Positions 1-10,835 of a DNA stretch of 48,524 nucleotides are shown piece by piece; position 1 is the first letter of the stretch, and the number at the start of each line of letters is the position of its first letter. The DNA comes from Octopus bimaculoides (Eukaryota). The stretch is taken from positions 160,953,939 to 161,002,462 of the forward strand of contig NC_068983.1 of the NCBI RefSeq assembly GCF_001194135.2. Reading direction: 5' to 3'. The notes under the pieces were generated by a model. The model worked only from the letters and a program-made list of their open reading frames with translations, was not told where the DNA came from and did no database searches. The position numbers and the translations under genes are program-made.

Positions 1-111
1 AAGAAAAAGAAGAAGAAAGAAGAAGAAGAAGAAGAAGAAGAAAAAGAAGAAGAAGAAGAAGAAGAGGAAGGAGAAGAAGAAGAAGAAGAAGAAGAAGAAA
101 AAGAAGAAAGA

Positions 112-148
<37 letters not shown>

Positions 149-164
149 AGAAGAAGAGGAAGAA

Positions 165-195
<31 letters not shown>

Positions 196-240
196 AAGAA
201 GAAGAAGAAGAAGAACAAGAACAAGAAGATGATGATGATG
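1..240. repeat. Purine-rich compound microsatellite (GAA)n/(GAAA)n ending in (GAT)n
   Basis: Direct reading of the sequence. Confidence 0.95.
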
Positions 241-1066
241 GTTACGGTGATGTAATTAGAGAATCAGAGAGTGATGTAGTGAGTGAGGTAGGCATTTAAC
301 CTTTGTGTTAATAATAGAGAGAAAAGAGAGAAAAAGACAGAGTGAGAGAGAGTGAGAGAGAGTGAGAGCTCAGAAAGTAAAAAAATAAAATAAAATTGAA
401 TAAATACAAGTTTATAAGTGTGACAGATTAGCCAAAAACAACACGAGCCTGTAAAATATAAATGTTAGAATGATAAGCAGAGCAGTACGTAAAAAAATAC
501 AGCTAGATTGAAAGATAGAACAGCTTCAAGCTAGTTAAATACTTCGCCAGGCAAGCTTTAAAGATGTCTTCATTAGAAAATGTGTCTGCTCTATTGTTCT
601 TAATCTAATGTCTTATTCTGGCCTAATGAGATCTATTTTGAAGTTTCTAAATTTACCTACAAATGTTACTGTCTTATTATTACTGAAATGCAATATCCTA
701 TTAATTGTCTTACCATACATTAAATACCATCTACGGTGGAACATCTAAACGATAGGGTCACGTGACTGACCTTGACATACACACGCAACCCAAGCATGTA
801 AACCAAGGAGGGGAAAAAAATCTGTAAATGCTCTTAATGATAAGTAATAATGTATGTAATATGAGCGCTTACAAATATTGATGTTCTATGCCAAATGCAG
901 TTGAAAGCAGAGGGGCTTCCGAATTTATGCATACGCACAGATACACGCAAACGCGCACACGTAAGTACACTCATAAATATTCGCACACATGTGTATGCGT
1001 ATATGCATGTATGTATATGTGTGTATACGTCACGTATGGATGATATGCGTGAGTGTGTATATATCT

Positions 1067-1305
1067 TTTATATTTTACTTGTTTCAGTCATTGGACTGCG
1101 GCCATGCTGGGGCACCATCTTGAAGAATTTTAGTCGAATGAATTGACCCCAGTACTTTTGTCATTTATTTTAAGCCTTGTTCTTATTCTATCGGTCTTTT
1201 AGTCAAACCGCTAAGCTACGGGGACGTAAACACGCCAACACCAGTTGTTTAGCAGTGATGGGGAACAAGCACATACACGAAGACACATACACACACACAC
1301 GCACA
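1067..1305 (-). mobile_element. SINE family A, 3' half
   Basis: Reverse complement aligns by eye with the 3' half of the full copy at 47728-48121 (gtccccgta..ttagcggtt; gtactggggtc; ggtgccccagcatggccgcagtc; gaaacaagtaaaa). Confidence 0.8.
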
Positions 1306-1491
1306 TATTGGATTGGCAAGAAAGTAATTTCGTTTTTCGCGAATAGAGAGAGTTACGCTTTTTTTAAATGTTTTTTGTCAATGTTATGATTTTTTTCCTT
1401 TTGACATTTGATAGTCGTTACTTTTTGCTTATTTTAGAAGCAAATTGCGCGTAATTTTGTTTACAGCTATTAGTTAAGTGTCAATTTTAAC

Positions 1492-2035
1492 ATAGAGTGC
1501 AAAAACGAACATTTTTATCTTTTACATCCTTAAAGGCAAGAAAGCTGCTTAGGTTCACAAAGAGATGTATGAAGTCTGTGGTGTTCTTTGCTTAACAGAA
1601 CGCACATGTCAGAAATGGTTATAAAAATTCTGTTCTGGATAAATATTATGGTCGACCAACTGAAGTTGAATCTGATTATCATATAATTGTGCGAGAGATT
1701 GCAGAGAGGTTAAATGTATCACACACAACAATTGAAAATCACTTAAAATGTCTTGGACTCGTTAAGAAGCTCGATATCTGGGTTCTACATAAATTGAAAG
1801 AGATTCACTTAACACAACCAATCAATATTTGCGACTTGCATTTCAGACGCAACAAAATCGACCTTCTTTTTGAAACGAATCAACACTGGTGATGAAAAAT
1901 GGACGTCTACAGTAACATCAATTGAAAACGATCATGGTCCAAGCGTAGTGAACCAGTACAAACCACATCGAAAGCTGAATTGCATAAAAAAAAGGTCATG
2001 CTATCAATTTGGTGGAATTACAAAGGTATTGTGTA
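1492..2035 (+). pseudogene. Mariner transposase pseudogene, N-terminal part (HTH to first catalytic D)
   Basis: ORF 1689-1892 REIAERLNVSHTTIENHLKCLGLVKKLDIWVLHKL (WVPHEL motif), then GDEKW near 1890 and KKVMLSIWWNYKGIVY at about 1989-2035; frameshifts and stops. Confidence 0.9.
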
Positions 2036-2149
2036 TGTAGTGAAACTACCTCCCGTCACTAGATACAAAACTACTATCGCCATTACATACAATCTTCTCA
2101 TTTAAATATAAATAAATGCGAGCGTAGTAGAGAACCCATTCCTTGTCAT

Positions 2150-2291
2150 CACGTGACTGATTATTATTCGAATCGGCAACTACTTCGAACCTTTCCCGCC
2201 AGAACGCAAACTGACCAATCACGGCCCCTAATAAGGTCACGTGATAGAGTATATTTCTACCATCTGGTGAGCCAATAGTTTGTTATAAATA
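2150..2291 (+). promoter_or_regulatory. LTR-U3-like Pol II promoter motif cluster
   Basis: CACGTG at 2150 and 2238, CCAAT at 2215 and 2272, TATAAATA at 2284-2291; AATAAA at 2988 and 3121 downstream. Function is inferred. Confidence 0.45.
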
Positions 2292-3195
2292 GCTTTAACT
2301 CGGCAATCAAATTTGTCACGGTCCAGTTTCTCTTTGAGAACTGTTCCGTGTACCACACAACNNNNNNNNNNNNNNNNNNNNNNNNNNNNNNNNNNNNNNN
2401 NNNNNNNNNNNNNNNNNNNNNNNNNNNNNNNNNNNNNNNNNNNNNNNNNNNNNNNNNNNNNNNNNNNNNNNNNNNNNNNNNNNNNNNNNNNNNNNNNNNN
2501 NNNNNNNNNNNNNNNNNNNNNNNNNNNNNNNNNNNNNNNNNNNNNNNNNNNNNNNNNNNNNNNNNNNNNNNNNNNNNNNNNNNNNNNNNNNNNNNNNNNN
2601 NNNNNNNNNNNNNNNNNNNNNNNNNNNNNNNNNNNNNNNNNNNNNNNNNNNNNNNNNNNNNNNNNNNNNNNNNNNNNNNNNNNNNNNNNNNNNNNNNNNN
2701 NNNNNNNNNNNNNNNNNNNNNNNNNNNNNNNNNNNNNNNNNNNNNNNNNNNNNNNNNNNNNNNNNNNNNNNNNNNNNNNNNNNNNNNNNNNNNNNNNNNN
2801 NNNNNNNNNNNNNNNNNNNNNNNNNNNNNNNNNNNNNNNNNNNNNNNNNNNNNNNNNNNNNNNNNNNNNNNNNNNNNNNNNNNNNATCACTCACATACAC
2901 ACTTTTCTTTGTATGACGGCCTGTCTTTGATTATGTTCTTATATGTCGCATTCACACTCACACGCAGACATACATCTTTAACGCTATAATAAATATCTCT
3001 GTTATTCATCTTATACGGTTGTGGTCTTTCATTACTGGTCATCTATGTTATCGTCGCATAACATATCATGTATATCATCATTTGATATATTATCGCGTGT
3101 ACGACCGTGTGACCCGTTTAAATAAAAGGAGTCCTCTGTTTTTCCATTCGTCACCATATCTCCTTTTATGAGTTCGCACGGTCGTCCCTTACAAT

Positions 3196-3206
3196 TGGTG
3201 ACCCCG
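3196..3206 (+). other. Primer-binding site complementary to the tRNA-Trp 3' end
   Basis: TGGTGACCCCG equals the first 11 nt of the canonical tRNA-Trp PBS TGGTGACCCCGACGTGAT and lies 2 nt after an LTR-like ...CCCTTACA end at 3193. Confidence 0.65.
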
Positions 3207-3255
3207 GCGATAGTAGTTTTGTATCTAGTGACGGGAGGTAGTTTCACTACATGTA

Positions 3256-3667
3256 TTTTGAGCTGCTTCCAAGGAACCACACGATCAATTCGGATGTTTA
3301 CAGTCAACAGCTAAAGAAACTGAAAGAAGCAATCAAAGAAAAACGACCAGAATCGGCCAATGGTAATAGAATAGTGTTCCACCATGGCAACGCTAGACCA
3401 CACACGTCTTTGCTAACTCATGAAAGATCATTGGAGCTTCGTTAGGAAGTGATGTCACATCCACCCTATAGCACTGATCTTGCACCATCAGATTACTATT
3501 TATTTCGAAGTTAGCAAAATTCTTTGAATGGTAAACATTTCAATAATGATGATGACCTGAAATCGCACTTGCTTCAGTATTTGGCTGATAAGGACCAAAA
3601 GTTCTAGGATCGCGGGATCATGAAATTGCCAGAAAGATGGCAAAAGGGCATCGAACAATATAACTGA
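3256..3667 (+). pseudogene. Mariner transposase pseudogene, C-terminal catalytic part
   Basis: FELLPRNHTINSDVYSQQL...IVFHHGNARPHT (second D mutated to G), then EVMSHPPYSTDLAPSDYYLFRS (YSPDL motif); stops. Confidence 0.9.
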
Positions 3668-4112
3668 TTAAAGTTCATTCTTAGTATGAATAAAGATGAC
3701 TTTTATTTCACACTATAAAACCGAAATTTCATTCTTGCNNNNNNNNNNNNNNNNNNNNNNNNNNNNNNNNNNNNNNNNNNNNNNNNNNNNNNNNNNNNNN
3801 NNNNNNNNNNNNNNNNNNNNNNNNNNNNNNNNNNNNNNNNNNNNNNNNNNNNNNNNNNNNNNNNNNNNNNNNNNNNNNNNNNNNNNNNNNNNNNNNNNNN
3901 NNNNNNNNNNNNNNNNNNNNNNNNNNNNNNNNNNNNNNNNNNNNNNNNNNNNNNNNNNNNNNNNNNNNNNNNNNNNNNNNNNNNNNNNNNNNNNNNNNNN
4001 NNNNNNNNNNNNNNNNNNNNNNNNNNNNNNNNNNNNNNNNNNNNNNNNNNNNNNNNNNNNNNNNNNNNNNNNNNNNNNNNNNNNNNNNNNNNNNNNNNNN
4101 NNNNNNNNNNNN

Positions 4113-4167
<55 letters not shown>

Positions 4168-4580
4168 GTTTTCCTTGACGTGTGAGCGCGCACATGTGTG
4201 TGTGTGTGTGTCAAATATATATCTTACTAAGTTTCTTGGTTGCTTGGTTCATTGATTCTCCACTCACGTTTATTACATATGTATATGTATACAAATATAC
4301 GACGGGATTATTTCAGTTTCCGTCTACCAAATTCACTTACAAGGTTTTGGTCGACCCAAGGTGCCACGAATTAGGACTGAACCCGGAACCATGTGGTTGG
4401 GAAGCAAGCACCTTATCACACAGCCACGCCTATATATACATATATACAAACATACATACATATATACATACTTCTCTATCTATCTATCTATATATCTATC
4501 TATCTATCTATCCATCTATGTCTGTCTGTCTGTCTGTATGTATGTATGTATGTATTATGCATGCATGTGTGTGTGTATGT
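4113..4580. repeat. (CA)n, (TA)n, (TATC)n, (TGTC)n and (TATG)n tracts surrounding a SINE fragment
   Basis: Direct reading. Confidence 0.85.
4299..4431 (-). mobile_element. SINE family A, 5' half with tRNA-like head and an internal deletion
   Basis: rc reads ggcgtggctgtgtgataagg...ggttccgggttcagtcc (A/B-box-like); matches 44015-44145 and 45497-45654; deletion between ggtcgaccc and aaggtgcc. Confidence 0.8.
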
Positions 4581-6159
4581 TTGTGTTGAGACATCTTTTA
4601 CTCGTGACCAATACCGGCTTAGATTGTTTGTTTGTTGTTTTTTTTGGTTGATTTGTCCAGTCACGTTTCACTTCCTGTAAAACATAATGGGAGAGAAAGT
4701 GTAAACATAAGAGTTGCAATATGAGTGCACATACTAGGCTTGGTGGTTCGCTAAAAGTAAAGGAATGCTCCACTCATACATACAGTGAAAGACAAAAGCA
4801 AAATCAGAGAGAGAGACGAATTGGATGAGGAGTAGGAGGAGGAGGAAGAAAAGAAAGAGGAGCATAACAGCGGTGTTGGTAGTAGCTGAAAAAATCTCTA
4901 CAATAGTTAATATTTATTGACAGGAATATTCGTCGTAAATGTTCTTCAATTAAGCTGTCTTTTAGCAGAGTAAGGTTCTTATTTGTATTGCACACTAGGT
5001 TATTTGCTAACGATCGAATTTATATCAACCAGTTCCAACTACAATGACATTAATAGACTTTTGCTACCATGGGTATTATCAGAAAATATGTCATACATAT
5101 AACAACTATGATTTAACTTTCATCAAATTACTTGTGGTGACAAAAGTATACTTCCAAAGTTACCCATCATGTGACGGGTAACCCTCTTGCATGTAAAGTT
5201 GCATATACTAATAATCAATGGAGAGTAACTAGATGCAAATGCAATTGTTAAATGCCTATGTAGGCAGCTGAAACGTGCGTCAGACAAATTTAAACCAAAT
5301 ATGTCGCATAATTGCCAGTAGAAATATTAAAAATATATAAATGTGCTGATCTTCGTTTTCATTGTAATTACGTACACACTCCTGGTCATTTAAATGCCAC
5401 AACAACTGGGCCTGGAAGATTGAGACAGTTTGTCATTAAGCATTGTGTTCACAATTCTATCCCTTTTGCAAGATGATACGAAGTAATTTAACTGTTGTTT
5501 GATTATTGACATTGGATAGTTATTTCACAGTAATCCTGCAGTTTGTATCATTCATCACTTCCCTCTGTGGTACTTATTTTCATACAGGTAGGCTGTCAGT
5601 TGATGAAATACTGACCCTATCAACTTTGCTAACAAGGTAAGGCTCAAGGTTAAGAAACCATTTTTTTCTTTTTGCAGCACTAGCAAGAGTAATAATCCTC
5701 AAAAGAAAATAAGAGTGTACCCCTAAAGACTAAAATAGTAATGTAATATAACCATACTACTGAATAAGTGAAATTAAAAGTTTGTTATTGTTCTCTTCTA
5801 CAAGTGCTAAGCACTTGCAGTTTGCCTCTGACGCTTAAAGGTTACCCGCCCCTGATGTAGGCCTGATGTCTCTCCTTCGTTGGTCAAGCTGTTAGGGTCA
5901 GAATGTTGTATACTGCCGCCAGTACTATGGTGTGTTCACACTAAATAACTTTAATCTCCATGTCCAGCCGGATAACTGGTATTAAGTACTGGGACTACTT
6001 GGAAATTAACGAACGTCAGCCAATTAACCAGTAATACTCAGTTCAACTCTGTAGCTTGAAGAGAGATATGCTTATACGCCATACACTTTTCTTGGATAAG
6101 CTCCTTGGTGATAAAATCTGCAGTGACACACACACTCGCAGAATACGGGACATTCCCTC

Positions 6160-6305
6160 ATTACCATCATCATTATCATCATTATCATCATTATCATATT
6201 CGTTGCTGACGTCATCGTCATCACCATCTTCAACGACATCGTTATTATCAGTAGTCTTCTTCTCTCAGACCTCGTCGTCGTCGTCGTCGTCGTCGTCATC
6301 ATCGT
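6160..6305. repeat. (TCA)n/(TCG)n triplet repeats
   Basis: Direct reading; explains the Ser/Thr/Met-rich ORFs here. Confidence 0.9.
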
Positions 6306-7384
6306 AAACAGATGTAACAACTAAATAGGTTTGCTGATAATTCTTCAATTTTTCTTTCTTAAAATTAAGGATTCTGCAGCAACCTGCTGAATTTTAGACA
6401 CAGGCATACATACATACGTACACAAACACATACGCACTCACTTATATACATTCACGCATTTATCTACGCACAGAGCGACGTCAAAAACTATGCAAAGTAA
6501 ACTAACGCTTGTCGTCTGCTAAACTGAACGTTATCAACCTATAAAATAACATAAAACATTGCATGAACACACACAGTCACTGGTATATGTAGACATTTTG
6601 GTGTCATGAAAACTGCCTCCTTTGAAAGTTTGTTTATTTTAGACCTAAATTAATTATACTACTTGGTTTTCTTTACCTAGCTTTTGTCATGTTGAAGAGT
6701 CAGAGGCGGAACTATAAAAGCAGTTTTTGCTCTTTTTACCCTCGCCATAGACATATCTGATCCTGTCCTCGTTCGTAATTAATAAAAAGATCCCTGCAGT
6801 CATCTCCAGAAAACGGAAAGAATAAAAAGACAAGTTGCCAGCTTATCAGTGGGGTATAATATTTGTGTGATTAATTTTCAAAATTGAAGATGATCGACCA
6901 CACAGGCTCGTCATACTTTCTCTGCTTGAAACGAGGAAAAGACACAGTTTTATGTTTTGTTTGGGTCTGTTTTGTACTAGCGTATGTTTTACTTCAGTTA
7001 CACACGCAATATCGTTGATGTTCTTTTTTCCTTTCTTTCTTTTTTTTTCTTTTTTTTTTCGACTTCTTACTTCCTTTTTTCCGCCCTTTTCTAACTGGGC
7101 AATATCAAAGAATATTGTCAAAACCCCATTAGATTGGAGATCATTTATACATGTGTCTTGTACTTTGAATTTAGGCTCGATATATAAATATTTATTTCTG
7201 TGACTCGTATCTTATCATTGTCAAAGTTGCATATACATTACTATGAAAGACTAATTAATGTTCCTGTGTAGTTACAAATAATAATCTAATAACTTAGGTA
7301 ATTGGATAGATGGATGTGAATTAAAAGCATCATTTCACTTTCAACATATATGATAATAGCTGTAGGTACCTGAGTGCTTAGCAA

Positions 7385-7788
7385 GATTCTCTCTCTCTCT
7401 CTTCTTCTCTCTCCCCTCTCATATATGTGTGTGAGTGTATACATGATATAAGTATATATATATAATCATGTTTGAATGTATATATATATATATATAAAGC
7501 ATTTATATTACGTAATATATATATTATATACACGCATACATACATGTATTTACTTATAAATGTATACATACATACATACATACATACATACATACGTACA
7601 TATATATTCATTTTTTTTTTTTTTTTTTTTTTNNNNNNNNNNNNNNNNNNNNNNNNNNNNNNNNNNNNNNNNNNNNNNNNNNNNNNNNNNNNNNNNNNNN
7701 NNNNNNNNNNNNNNNNNNNNNNNNNNNNNNNNNNNNNNNNNNNNNNNNNNNNNNNNNNNNNNNNNNNNNNNNNNNNNNNNNNNNNNNN

Positions 7789-7830
<42 letters not shown>
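7385..7830. repeat. (CT)n, (TA)n, (TACA)n and poly-T around gap 7633-7788
   Basis: Direct reading. Confidence 0.85.
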
Positions 7831-7833
<3 letters not shown>

Positions 7834-9544
7834 TTATCACCTTTTTTCATTTCATTGCCTTTTTCCAGTTCTTTATCCTTTTACAATTTTTCTTGTATAT
7901 GATTTAGATCCGAGTTTTCGAGAGTAAAAAGGCCTCATGAACCTTAACCTAATCAAAATAAGAAACGCTTTTCCTAGAAATTAATTCAATTACAAAAGAT
8001 AAAAGGAAAAAGCAAAAGCATTATCGACCTCAACATCATCATCCACAGCTACAAGATGGAGATTATCAATGGTTTGTGCACCCGGCATTTATTATAAGTC
8101 ACAAACGTATTTAGGTGCTGAACTGGAAAGTGTACAGAAACAGCTAGCTGCCTCTGTCTTGAAAAGAGCCATGAAGTAGCTGAAGAAAGTCAAATGATTC
8201 ATAGGACAACCTAACTTCTCAGAACGTCTGTTATCAGCGCAATATGAGAGGTTCACATTAAAGCAAAGCAAATTAAGAATATTTTTCACTTTTCTCGATA
8301 CAGTGATTTCCCGGTCAAAATTTTTTATGAGTTTGACGTCCTTCCTAAGCAACACAGGTTTTACTAACCTGAATAAGAACTCTGAAGATCACATCTCTTA
8401 TATGGTGAAATCAAAATCTATTTGAGAACGCTTGGTCGTATGTTACTGCAGACGGAGACATGAAAGCACATAGGTTGGGTGGAAGGTGTTGGGGTTAAAA
8501 TACACTTTGTCAATTCAAACTTCGAAAATAGAAATATTGCATTAGCAGAAACTCTGGATCAAAAAAGTACGATGTACGGATGTTTAAAAGAATTGTTTTT
8601 GTCAACCAATCTGTAAATAGATAATATTCAATCGTAGAAACTCAAACTCTGTGCAGCGGGATCACAGTGGAGTAAACGAGTTGACAAATATATTGTTATT
8701 TTGTATATCTGAATTTAGAATCCTTCTTTGCGGGTATTGCAAAGGTTTCGGTTCCATCTGGCTAGTGCGTCGCAGTAAACTGCACGAAAATCTAATGGCT
8801 AAAGGCACTTAACACAAAATACTATTTGCAAAACGATGAAACTTCAGAGAAATCAAAAGTCAAATCAAAATTCAATTTGAAATAAAGCGTTTTAAAAGAC
8901 AATTGATTACTGACTAATTGATAAAAAAATAACTGCAATAATGATTATACTAATGAGAGATAGTACGATTGGACATACATTTTTTTCTTTGTGTATAAAA
9001 ATATGACAATGATGATATCAACATAATTCTCTTTAATTCTCTCTAGAAATGCAGACCATTATAATATAGAAGCTATTGTGATGCTGAGCATGTTTAATAA
9101 TGTGACTGTTACTAGACTAATCATCTAAAACGAATTAATATAAGGGTGGGCGCGGTTTCAAACATCTTATTCGTGCTCAAATGAATTTAGTCAAAATATT
9201 GTGCTATGTCCTTTCATTAGGCACATTACAATACTTGTGAGGGTTTACTTGGCATAAAAGTAAGGAAGAGTTTGTCAGAAATCAAAACTACCGAGACTTC
9301 TTGCTTAAAACTACAAGAACTGGATATAAAATTCTGGCACTTTGAGTCACATATGCGTGGACACACACACACACACACACATACACACACATAAGCACGC
9401 GCGCGCACACGCACACGAATATATACATAAGCGAGCACAACTCTTTTGTTAACTGACATGGGTTGTTCAAATTGCGCGTGTTGATGTAGACTAACTATTC
9501 CTCTATAATAACTTTTTTCCGATTCTTCCTCATTGCAAACAAAT

Positions 9545-9926
9545 TTGTTGTTGTTGGCACTCCGTCGCTTACGACGTCGAGGGTTCCAGTTGATCCGATC
9601 AACGGAACAGCCTGCTCGTGAAATTAACGTGCAAGTGGCTGAGCACTCCACAGACACGTGTACCCTTAATGTAGTTCTCGGGGATATTCAGTGTGACACA
9701 GTGTGACAAGGCTGACCCTTTGAATTACAGGCACAACAGAAACAGGAAGTAAGAGTGAGAGAAAGTTGTGGTGAAAGAGTACAGCAGGGTTCGCCACTAT
9801 CCCCTGCCGGAGCCTCGTGGAGCTTTAGGTGTTTTCGCTCACTCACAACGCCCGGTCTGGGAATCGAAACCGCGATCCTATGACCGCGAGTCCGCTGCCC
9901 TAACCACTGGGCCATTGCGCCTCTAC
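9545..9926 (-). mobile_element. SINE family B, full length and young, with 10-bp TSD
   Basis: rc head GGCGCAATGGCCCAGTGGTTAGGG...GTTTCGATTCCC (A and B boxes), (CAA)n tail; TSD gcaaacaaat at 9535-9544 and 9927-9936; about 8 substitutions and one 7-bp indel versus 28422-28812. Confidence 0.92.
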
Positions 9927-10069
9927 GCAAACAAATAATAGTTTTTGTAGATGGAATAGTGTAGGTTCTACATACACAGAAAACTACAGGTTGTTTACGG
10001 AGAGAGCACTTTTTGACAAGTGGAATATGTGCAGATAGATGAACAAGTTAAGGGAAGGGAATACTGGCA

Positions 10070-10250
10070 TTGAATGCAAACTCTGCGGTGGGAGACTCAA
10101 CTGCGACCCCTGATACGTATCACTATCGGGTGGACGAACTTATTTGCACGGATAGACGAGTCATAATCCGTGAGTTTCCTTCACAATTGGGCTGGGTACG
10201 GGAAAGGTGTGTGCAAAGTAGGTACCTCAGTAGTTAACATCTGATAAGTT
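10070..10250 (+). pseudogene. Small, heavily decayed mariner transposase fragment
   Basis: RVDELICTDRRVIIREFPSQLG, then after frameshifts K*VPQ*LT, resembling mariner VDELIxxDRRI...KWVPxxLT. Confidence 0.5.
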
Positions 10251-10271
10251 ATGCTTACTTTTGCATTAACT

Positions 10272-10440
10272 GGCACTCCGTTGGTTACGACGACGAGCGT
10301 TCCAGTTGATCCGATTAATGGAACAGCCTGCTCGTAAAATTAATGTGCAAACGACTGAGTACTCCATAGACACGTGTACCCTTAAAGTAGTTCTCAGGGA
10401 GATTCAGTGTAACACAGAGTGTGACAAGGCTGGTTCTTTT
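10272..10440 (-). mobile_element. SINE family B-related 3' tail fragment
   Basis: ggcactccgttggttacgacgacgag...gtgtgacaaggctgg aligns with 9556-9715. Confidence 0.85.
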
Positions 10441-10634
10441 ACATTACTTTAGGGGAAAAAAACCCTCGTGTGTGTGATGTGTGTGTGTGCTTGTGTGTAT
10501 GCGTGTGACACATATACACGCGCGCACATGTGCACGCACACACATATGATAATATTAGTAAGCACTCTCTATTCATTTAATACAGTATTTAATTGAGTAT
10601 TCAATTGGGAGGGACACGAGTCAGCTTGGAAGCC

Positions 10635-10835
10635 TCAATATGGTCGTCTGACATGCTAGAATTAGTACCCAAATATCTCATAAAATAGAGTCAACCATAT
10701 AGAAATGACGCAGATATTGTATAATATTGCTCAAAATAGTTCCACTGTACCAGAAGATAAGATACGATGGTTATGGCTGGAAAGCCTTTGACCATAAATC
10801 TTCTCAATCAAGCCAAACGTGAACTTGAACAACAA
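10635..10835 (+). mobile_element. Possible old SINE-like repeat with (CAA)n tail
   Basis: Ends in aacaacaacaa; weak similarity to 47575-47700 (ctagaa..ccaaat; atatt.gataat; gg..ttt.a..ata). Confidence 0.3.

Larger units (their letters stand above)
2036..3251 (+). mobile_element. Young insertion with perfect 46-bp TIRs (TGT...ACA) and 4-bp TSD TGTA; interior LTR-like plus PBS
   Basis: 2036-2081 tgtagtgaaactacctcccgtcactagatacaaaactactatcgcc is the exact reverse complement of 3206-3251. TGTA flanks both sides (2032-2035, 3252-3255). Removing the insert and one TGTA restores mariner KGIVYFELLPR in frame. Gap 2362-2885 lies inside. Confidence 0.9.
1308..3738 (+). mobile_element. Decayed mariner (DD34D-type) DNA transposon, interrupted by the 2036-3251 insertion; right end runs into a gap
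   Basis: TA at 1306-1307, then left TIR ttggattggcaagaaagtaatttcgttttt. The right TIR part at 3715-3738 (rc gcaagaatgaaatttcggtttt) matches it. Transposase motifs are listed in the two pseudogene entries. Confidence 0.92.

Noticed and set aside
2237-4214. Long ORFs full of X (also 7472-7927, 22287-23386, 26369-26710, 30089-30573, 31679-33028, 43496-44191, 45083-45575)
   Set aside because: They are open only because N-runs contain no stop codons.
8115-8179. Possible terminal exon GAELESVQKQLAASVLKRAMK*
   Set aside because: Weak pyrimidine tract, no homology recognised, and its phase does not join the 5588-5636 candidate.
9830-9923. tRNA gene-like A/B boxes (also 28720-28805, 38041-38125)
   Set aside because: These are SINE heads continuing into SINE bodies with tails and TSDs, not tRNA genes.
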